13,076 nt of DNA. It comes from Sumerlaeia bacterium (GTDB lineage: Bacteria; Sumerlaeota; Sumerlaeia; SLMS01; JAHLLQ01). The translations under genes were made by a program, and so were the position numbers. Location of the stretch: positions 1 through 13,076 of the forward strand of contig JAVJSW010000081.1 in assembly GCA_040219255.1 (NCBI GenBank). The letters are read 5' to 3'. The notes beneath the pieces were generated by a model. It was not told the origin of the DNA. It did not search any database and saw only the letters and a program-made list of their open reading frames with translations. Shown here in pieces: positions 6,826 to 13,076 of this stretch (within the stretch, counting starts at the first letter, position 1; every line of letters begins with the position of its first letter).

Positions 6826-9800
6826 ATGCAAATTTTTCGCTATTCCTACGCCGGAATTCTATTCGGGTGCATTTTCTTCACTGGCTTGTCGCCCAGCAAC
6901 CTTTGGCCATCATGCGGGAATCCAGATTACCCGAATGGCGGAGGCCCCTGTGGTGACCCGGGACCCGCTCCAGATCCGCGGCCATGTGAATATCCAGCGA
7001 ACTGCCACTACGCTCAGCCAATCTGTCCTGGCCCAGGTGCGAATTCTGGTAGTGGCGGCGATGAAAAATCCGAGGATTGCTCAAACGGGGACTGCGGTAA
7101 TTCAGGTCTAGGTAGTTCCGACCCGGTCTCACCGTGGACGGGAGAATTTACGCATACGGTAGCAGATATGAAGCTTCGCGGACGCGGCTTCGACTTCGTC
7201 TTCTCAAGAAAGTACAGCTCGATTGTAAAGGACCATCTCACCGGGATCAACTCTGACGGAACGCCGAAATCCCGAATGGGCAACGGATGGGATCATAACT
7301 ACAATATACACTACAAGTTTGTGCGGAACTATGACATCGCGTTGACGGGAGGTACATACCTATGTCCCGAAGAATTTCCTGCGACCTGTGAGAATTGTTA
7401 TGCAACAGGTGGGCGCCTGCACATACCTAGCGGACAGGGCGGAGGGGGGCCGAGTTACAGCTGTGAAGAAGAGGTCCCGAACCCAAAGGGTGGTACTCTA
7501 ATTAGACCTTATTCCTGCACTCCTTGCGAGGAAGGGGATGTCACACCGTGTCCTTCGGCAAATTGCACTGTTAATACGCCCGGAGATGATGTGTGCGATT
7601 GCGAAGGAATCGTCTGCTACGATCCTAACCTCAACATTATTCACACATACTGGGGCGACATGGAGTATCAAGAAAGAGAATGGGTTGAAGTCGATGATTA
7701 CATAGTCATATACGAAGGAAACAACCGGCATGTGGTGTACAAAAAGTCCACCACAAACGTATATTACGCCAATGGCACAACACAGTATGTGACATTGGAC
7801 TCGAATAATAACAAGTTATACCTGCATTTTGAGGACTTAACTGTGTGGGAGTTTGAGTTTCCTGGATTCCCAGCTTTGTGTGCGGATTTGAACGAATGTG
7901 GTAATGATTGCTATGAAAATAGTCATCATACCCTGACCGGGCAAATTGTGGCGAAGGAAGATCGCAATGGGAATCGGATGGAGTTTCACTGGGTGGGGTC
8001 CCGCCTGGAATCGGTAACGGATACTCTTGGTCGAGTTATCGACTATGTGTATGACTATAACAATAAGTACCTCAATAAAATTGTAGATTTTACAGGTCGG
8101 GAGGTTGTTTATGGAATAGGTACAGACGGCGATCTCTTGACTGTGCGTTCGCCTATAGTGTCAGGAACTTCGACAAGTAACGATTTCAGCACGGGCAAAA
8201 CAACGAGCTACAGCTATGTCGGAAATCATCTGTTGCAGACCATAACAGACCCTCGTTCAAATGACAGCAGTGACCCGATGACGGGCAGCCGGATTACAAA
8301 TTACTACGACGCGACTGGCCGAGTCCTAATGCAAGAGTGGGGAGATGGTGATGTCAGTTTCAGCTACGAGCAGCCTGTGGCTGCTCCCTTTGATGATGCA
8401 AATGACGCGAAACGCACTATCATAAATGACCGAATGGGAAATGTGCGCGAGTACTACTTTGATAGCTGGAACCGGGTGACCAGGGAAGTGGTCTATACAG
8501 GACGGGCGCCCGACGCAGCCGCAATGACAACAGCCACAAGCAATAGGCCAACGGGAAAACTTCGGTCCGGATATCCTGGAGACCCGAGTGTTTTTCAGAA
8601 GGTATACTATCGAGACTGGCACACGGGAAAAATCAGAAAAGTTGTTCATCCGAATGGCAATATTGAAGAATTTGAATATGAGAACGATCAGGGTTTCTCG
8701 GGAGCGGGAAATCTTTTAAAGGTCAAGCTCACGCCCGGCAGTCATACCCCGGCAGGTGATCAAACTCAACTCGTCACAACCTTCACATACGATGGCCCCG
8801 GCGGTTGCGGAGGCTGTGGAACCTCTTTTCCGAGCACGACGACAGACGCTGACGGGAACGTTACGTCCTTCACGTACGATGCGAATTACAATTTGCTAAC
8901 GAAGACGTATCCTAGCGCCTCTCTATTCTCCAAGGGCAATATGAAAGCCTTCTCATCAAATGAGAGTCAAGTCGCTGTGGAGACTTATGAGTACAACCAG
9001 TTTGGGCTTGTGAAGAAGAGTATGGATCCAGAGGGAAACGTCACGATTTACGAATACTATTCGGAAGCGGACCCGAATGGAGATGGAGTTGTTGATAATG
9101 CAACGGGTGACACAACGATTGGTCAGGAGGGCGGTGGCTACCTGAAACAGGTGTTCACGGACAGCACCAGAGATGTTGCCTTGGCACCTGCCAGCAATAA
9201 TCGGATGAATCCCACGCCGGCAAATATTTCAACCTACTATGAGTACGACGAGCGAGGCAACGTCACGCGAGTTGTCGATGGACGAGGTGTGGCCACGGAT
9301 TTCGAGGTGAATCAGCTCGATCAAGTCGTGCAGGTCACACGTGCGGCAGCGACAGGGCTGCTCGCGACCAACCCGGCGGAAAACATTTCACTCACAGCGT
9401 TCGCATATGTGGAACGCATCTATTACGACGCGAATGACAACGTGGTTCTCAGGCAGGTCGAAGACCGAGGGAACACGTCCGATGTGGACGGCGATCTTCC
9501 CAGCAGCGATTTGGCTGCCGTGGGCCTCAGTGCTATCTCTCCCGACTTCATTGGAGGGACCGCATTCGCCGACTCCCTTTATAAGTATGATTTACTAAAC
9601 AACCGGATTGAAACAGTGGAGGAAGTCGCGGCAGGCGAGTTCATTCGAACGAAGTATCGCTACGACAATAATGAGCACCGGGTCTTGACGATCTATCCAG
9701 AGGGTAACGCCGACGCATGGGTTTACGACGAACGCGACAAGCTGTTTCAGTCGATTTCGGGAGCCTCCACAGCGCCAGCCGACGGTAATTACTACACCGG

Positions 9801-12800
9801 CGATCCGACAACATTCAACCGGCCGGGGGGATCGGGGACCCAGACGAGTACGATCACGTACTCGTACGATGGGAATGGGAATCTGGTCGAGGCGATCGAT
9901 TCTTTCAACAATGGCGGAAATCAGAGCAGCAGCTTCATCGCCAGTTCCAGCGGCGATGTGACAAAGTACATTTACGATGCCTACAACCGGCGTAGGCAAG
10001 TCACCGACCCTATGGGTAACACGACCCACTACACGTACGATCCGGAAGGCAAAGTGATCCGGGTGGTGAAGCGGGGTCAGCCCGACTATGATTTGGCATC
10101 TGGCGGCGCAAGCGAAGTGACACTCTCCGCCACCGAAATGATCTATGACGAACGAGATCGCTTAGTGGCGAACCACGATGTCCTCTTCAAGACCCCAACC
10201 ATCGGCACCACGCGCACGCCGACATTGACTGACTCTCCATTTATGGACAGCTTCGTCAGCGGCTTCTACCTGTCCGATGCGGCGAGCGACACCGCGGCTA
10301 TCCCTGGGTTCTCGGACGCGACGGTGATTGGGCGCCTGAGCACGATCTACGAATACGATCGCAATGGCCGCGTGGTCTTCCAGATGACCGATGACTTGAA
10401 CCTGATGCGCACGGATTACGACGGCGCGGGGCGAGTCATCCGCAAAATCGATAGCGCTTTGTGGAACGGGACGTTCTCACCCATCCTCAAGGAAAATGGC
10501 ATCAACGCCGACGAATGGGGCATCTATGATGCGACGCCGGCGGGGGCGACGATCAGCGCCGAGTACGATCCGGACCGCAACTCGGACGTGATTTTCCTGA
10601 ACAGCCCCAACGAAAACGGCAACGGCTATGTGATCGGCGATCAGCAGAACATGAACCGCAACCCGAACGGGACCCCCTGGAACGCCACGGAAGAGCGAGT
10701 TTCTTTGTGGTACAAAGGCGGCTTCACGCCAGTCTACGTCATGGTCTCAACCTCGGTCGGCGAAAAGTTCGTCATGTACTACACCCGAAATGGCACCGAC
10801 CACCTCAACGTCGACGGCCATGTGGTGATCCACCTCGGTAATGGCACCGGCGACGACACTTGGCGCCATTTCGACCGCAATGTGAAGGAAGACTTCGAAG
10901 CGTTCTCCACGGGCACCTGGCAGAACACCGACGGCATTCTGTTCCGCGCCAGCGATGCTTGGAACTGGGACCTTTACATCGATGACATCAAGCTCTCCGA
11001 CACAACCGTCCTCGACGAAGGCGACGGCAACGAACACCACTTCGCCTATGACGACAACGGCAACCTGATCGAAGAAAAGAATATCGAGGTTTCGACCGTC
11101 CCGGAATTGGCCAGCCAGACCTTCCGCCAGACCCACTACTACGACGCCCTCAACCGCCCGATCATCGACATCGACAGCATCGGACGTGCCATCTATACGC
11201 GCTACGACTCGCGCGGGAACATCCGCGCCACAGCCGACGCGGTGGCCCCTTCATCCACCGGCACACAAACCCTACCGCGCCGCGGGCTGGGTTCGACTAG
11301 CAACGTCACCGTCAATGGCGCCGGAAACGTCATCCTCAACTTCTACGATGGCTTGGGCCGATTGGTCGAGTCAGAGACGCTGCTCAGCGCAACCGGCATG
11401 GGCAACGGCACGAACTATGGCGCCGACGTCTATGGTGTTCTCACCACGCTCGACTCCGGCATGGCCGACACGGCCCAGGGCGGGGGAGACGGCAAGATCA
11501 CGATCTCCCAGGCCTTCGACGACAACAGCCAGATGATCGCCAAGCGCGATGACAACGGCAACGTGACCGCCTACATCTACGACAACCAGGAACGCCTCCT
11601 GACCGAACGCCAGGGCCTGACCATCACCGGCACCTCGTTCAGCATCACCGGCGGCGACTCCGGCTCGTTCCACAGCTCCACAGTGGGGGCCACTCCCGTG
11701 GACACGGAGACGGCCGGCACGGATGTTTCCTTGCAATACGACCTCGACAGCAATATCACTCAGAAGACCGACGAAGCTGGCAACGTCTTCACCTACACTT
11801 ACGACGGCCTCTCGCGGCGCACTGGCATGACGACCACCACAGCCGCCAGCGGCTTCCACGCCTATGTCGATCAAACCTACCGCTACGACGGTCTGGGCCG
11901 CACCACGCGCTTCGATAACCTGGACACCCTCACCGGGGGTAGCGCCACGACCTTCGATTCCGTGGTGACGAGGGTTTACGACTCGCTCTCGCGCCTGCTC
12001 GAGGAAACTCAGAAAATCGATTCTCTGACGGCAAAGGTCATCTCCTACAACTACGACGTGACCGCCAGCACCGCCCACAACGTCAGCAGTCTCGTCTATC
12101 CCGACGGACGTCAGACGAACAACAGCTACGACCGCTTGGGCCGTCTCATCGCCCGGCGCGACAATGGCCAGTCCAGCGACATCGGTCGCTACGACTACAT
12201 CGGGGGCCGCGTGGCCGCCCTCACCTATCAGAACGACACGCGCCTGACCCACTTCTCGGTCAGCAGTGGCGCCGGTACCTCCTGGTTCGATGACGCCGGC
12301 CGCGTTCTGCGCCATCGCTGGGAGTCCTACACCCCGCCCACCGATCCGGGCCAGGGCACCCTCCTCGCGGGCTATGAATATCAGGACGCCTCGGGCAATC
12401 CGCTCTACGATGGCGCCGACAACCGGCTGATCGAATACGCGATGCACGACCCGGATCGCAGTGAACGCTTCACCTACGACTCCGCCTATCGCCTCACCTC
12501 GCCCGACTCGGGCACCCAATCGGCGGGCGACCGCGCCTATGAACGCGGCACCTTCACCGATGGCACCCGCAGCTCCATGGCGGGCGGTATCGCGATTTTC
12601 AAGGACTGGGACCTCGACGGCGCCAACAACTGGTCCACTTTCTGGAAAGACGGCACCGCTCAGACCCGCACCCACTCCGACTTCAACGAAATCGTCGGCC
12701 TCGGTTCCACGACCCTCGTTTACGATGCCAACGGCAACCTCCTTGATGACGCCACCCTCGCCCTCTCCTGGGACGTGCTCAACCGCCTGCGCGCCGTCCA

Positions 12801-13076
12801 TCGCAAGAGCGACGGCCTCCTGATCGCCGATTACCAATACGACGCCACCGGCCGGCGCGTCCGCAAAGTCATCACCAACGGCGGCAAGGACGCCGACTCG
12901 TCGCTCGACGGCACGACGGATTTCTACTACGACGGCTGGCAATTGATCGAAGAACGCGACGCCGCCGACACCCCCGGCGCCCAATACGCCTATGGCAATT
13001 ACCTCGACGAAATCTGGGTGCGCGACGACCGCGATGGGGGCTCGGCCACCATCGGCTCGCTCAACGACGGCTCGGG
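6826..13076 (+). CDS. Giant exported Rhs / YD-repeat protein, 3'-truncated by the window (>2083 aa)
   Basis: Frame +1 is open from ATG 6826 (MQIFRYSYAGILFGCIFFTGLSPSNLW...) to the window end. Contains DPVSPWTGEF...FSRKYSS...MGNGWDHNY, many YD repeats (YEYDERGNVTRVVDGRG, YIYDAYNRRRQVTDPMGNTTHYTYDPEG, YRYDGLGR) and, at the end, sequence typical of the approach to the Rhs-associated core (YDANGNLL...WDVLNRL...YQYDATGRRVRK...FYYDGWQLIEE...YAYGNYLDE). Confidence 0.93.
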   Translation, partial: MQIFRYSYAGILFGCIFFTGLSPSNLWPSCGNPDYPNGGGPCGDPGPAPDPRPCEYPANCHYAQPICPGPGANSGSGGDEKSEDCSNGDCGNSGLGSSDPVSPWTGEFTHTVADMKLRGRGFDFVFSRKYSSIVKDHLTGINSDGTPKSRMGNGWDHNYNIHYKFVRNYDIALTGGTYLCPEEFPATCENCYATGGRLHIPSGQGGGGPSYSCEEEVPNPKGGTLIRPYSCTPCEEGDVTPCPSANCTVNTPGDDVCDCEGIVCYDPNLNIIHTYWGDMEYQEREWVEVDDYIVIYEGNNRHVVYKKSTTNVYYANGTTQYVTLDSNNNKLYLHFEDLTVWEFEFPGFPALCADLNECGNDCYENSHHTLTGQIVAKEDRNGNRMEFHWVGSRLESVTDTLGRVIDYVYDYNNKYLNKIVDFTGREVVYGIGTDGDLLTVRSPIVSGTSTSNDFSTGKTTSYSYVGNHLLQTITDPRSNDSSDPMTGSRITNYYDATGRVLMQEWGDGDVSFSYEQPVAAPFDDANDAKRTIINDRMGNVREYYFDSWNRVTREVVYTGRAPDAAAMTTATSNRPTGKLRSGYPGDPSVFQKVYYRDWHTGKIRKVVHPNGNIEEFEYENDQGFSGAGNLLKVKLTPGSHTPAGDQTQLVTTFTYDGPGGCGGCGTSFPSTTTDADGNVTSFTYDANYNLLTKTYPSASLFSKGNMKAFSSNESQVAVETYEYNQFGLVKKSMDPEGNVTIYEYYSEADPNGDGVVDNATGDTTIGQEGGGYLKQVFTDSTRDVALAPASNNRMNPTPANISTYYEYDERGNVTRVVDGRGVATDFEVNQLDQVVQVTRAAATGLLATNPAENISLTAFAYVERIYYDANDNVVLRQVEDRGNTSDVDGDLPSSDLAAVGLSAISPDFIGGTAFADSLYKYDLLNNRIETVEEVAAGEFIRTKYRYDNNEHRVLTIYPEGNADAWVYDERDKLFQSISGASTAPADGNYYTGDPTTFNRPGGSGTQTSTITYSYDGNGNLVEAIDSFNNGGNQSSSFIASSSGDVTKYIYDAYNRRRQVTDPMGNTTHYTYDPEGKVIRVVKRGQPDYDLASGGASEVTLSATEMIYDERDRLVANHDVLFKTPTIGTTRTPTLTDSPFMDSFVSGFYLSDAASDTAAIPGFSDATVIGRLSTIYEYDRNGRVVFQMTDDLNLMRTDYDGAGRVIRKIDSALWNGTFSPILKENGINADEWGIYDATPAGATISAEYDPDRNSDVIFLNSPNENGNGYVIGDQQNMNRNPNGTPWNATEERVSLWYKGGFTPVYVMVSTSVGEKFVMYYTRNGTDHLNVDGHVVIHLGNGTGDDTWRHFDRNVKEDFEAFSTGTWQNTDGILFRASDAWNWDLYIDDIKLSDTTVLDEGDGNEHHFAYDDNGNLIEEKNIEVSTVPELASQTFRQTHYYDALNRPIIDIDSIGRAIYTRYDSRGNIRATADAVAPSSTGTQTLPRRGLGSTSNVTVNGAGNVILNFYDGLGRLVESETLLSATGMGNGTNYGADVYGVLTTLDSGMADTAQGGGDGKITISQAFDDNSQMIAKRDDNGNVTAYIYDNQERLLTERQGLTITGTSFSITGGDSGSFHSSTVGATPVDTETAGTDVSLQYDLDSNITQKTDEAGNVFTYTYDGLSRRTGMTTTTAASGFHAYVDQTYRYDGLGRTTRFDNLDTLTGGSATTFDSVVTRVYDSLSRLLEETQKIDSLTAKVISYNYDVTASTAHNVSSLVYPDGRQTNNSYDRLGRLIARRDNGQSSDIGRYDYIGGRVAALTYQNDTRLTHFSVSSGAGTSWFDDAGRVLRHRWESYTPPTDPGQGTLLAGYEYQDASGNPLYDGADNRLIEYAMHDPDRSERFTYDSAYRLTSPDSGTQSAGDRAYERGTFTDGTRSSMAGGIAIFKDWDLDGANNWSTFWKDGTAQTRTHSDFNEIVGLGSTTLVYDANGNLLDDATLALSWDVLNRLRAVHRKSDGLLIADYQYDATGRRVRKVITNGGKDADSSLDGTTDFYYDGWQLIEERDAADTPGAQYAYGNYLDEIWVRDDRDGGSATIGSLNDGS
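7120..7740 (+). other. DUF6531-like Rhs N-terminal domain, interrupted by a Cys-rich insert
   Basis: DPVxxxTGEF at 7120, RKYSS and GNGWDHNY (7279-7302). The expected closing strands (YIVIYEGNNRHVVY) appear only after a ~120-aa insert. Confidence 0.7.
7960..12960 (+). repeat. YD/RHS peptide repeat array (beta-sheet shell), degenerate at DNA level
   Basis: Dozens of Y-x-Y-D-x-x-G/N-R/N-(L/V) ... D-x-x-G-N units from DRNGNRMEF (7960) to FYYDGWQLIEERD (~12960), separated by long loops. Confidence 0.9.
10459..11022 (+). other. Inserted ~188-aa globular domain, probably a carbohydrate-binding-like beta-sandwich, within the Rhs shell
   Basis: Non-YD sequence with 8 Trp and a terminal LYIDDIKL strand. 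It lies between YDGAGRVIRKIDSA and DGNEHHFAYDDNGNL, which join into one normal YD unit. Confidence 0.6.

Noticed and set aside
6815-7111. 98-aa ORF after the TPR gene
   Set aside because: Overlaps the Rhs start in another frame; the SD supports ATG 6826 instead.
7960-12960. CRISPR array, DNA tandem repeats or DGR-type template/variable repeats
   Set aside because: Repetition is visible only at the peptide level. I saw no identical spaced DNA repeats and no cas or reverse transcriptase gene; a self dot-plot would confirm.
11371-12984. 537-aa minus-strand ORF (also 10747-11136 and 9595-10029)
   Set aside because: Antisense to the Rhs gene. High GC3 removes stops on the opposite strand, and the V/A/G-rich translation mirrors Rhs codons.
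6800-13076. Apparent ORF-poor 6-kb region in the supplied track, suggesting non-coding DNA or genetic-code reassignment
   Set aside because: Frame +1 is open throughout under the standard code. The ORF was omitted only because its stop lies beyond the window.

Overview
GC-rich bacterial cell-envelope/secreted-protein region with five real genes. (1) 94-1671 (+): acidic BNR/Asp-box (sialidase-like beta-propeller) protein with a separate C-terminal domain; its 5' end looks interrupted. (2,3) Two divergent GT-C-fold membrane glycosyltransferases: ~3108-1714 (-), ArnT/PMT-like, and 3274-4803 (+), AftB-like. (4) 4943-6799 (+): signal-peptide-bearing TPR-like alpha-solenoid protein. (5) 26 nt downstream, a giant Rhs/YD-repeat gene (6826 to beyond 13076, >2083 codons) that is absent from the ORF track because it has no stop in the window; I translated it by hand in frame +1. 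The Rhs is the most unusual element. It has an export signal instead of PAAR/VgrG, a Cys/Pro/Gly-rich N-terminus, Cys-rich modules inserted into its DUF6531-like region, a ~188-aa Trp-rich CBM-like domain inserted into one YD hairpin, many other long loops, and a strong 5'-to-3' rise in GC3 suggesting a mosaic gene. The C-terminal DPxG motif, any toxin tip and any immunity gene lie outside the window. No RNA genes, CRISPR arrays or mobile elements were seen. All family calls are from motif recognition, not database searches.
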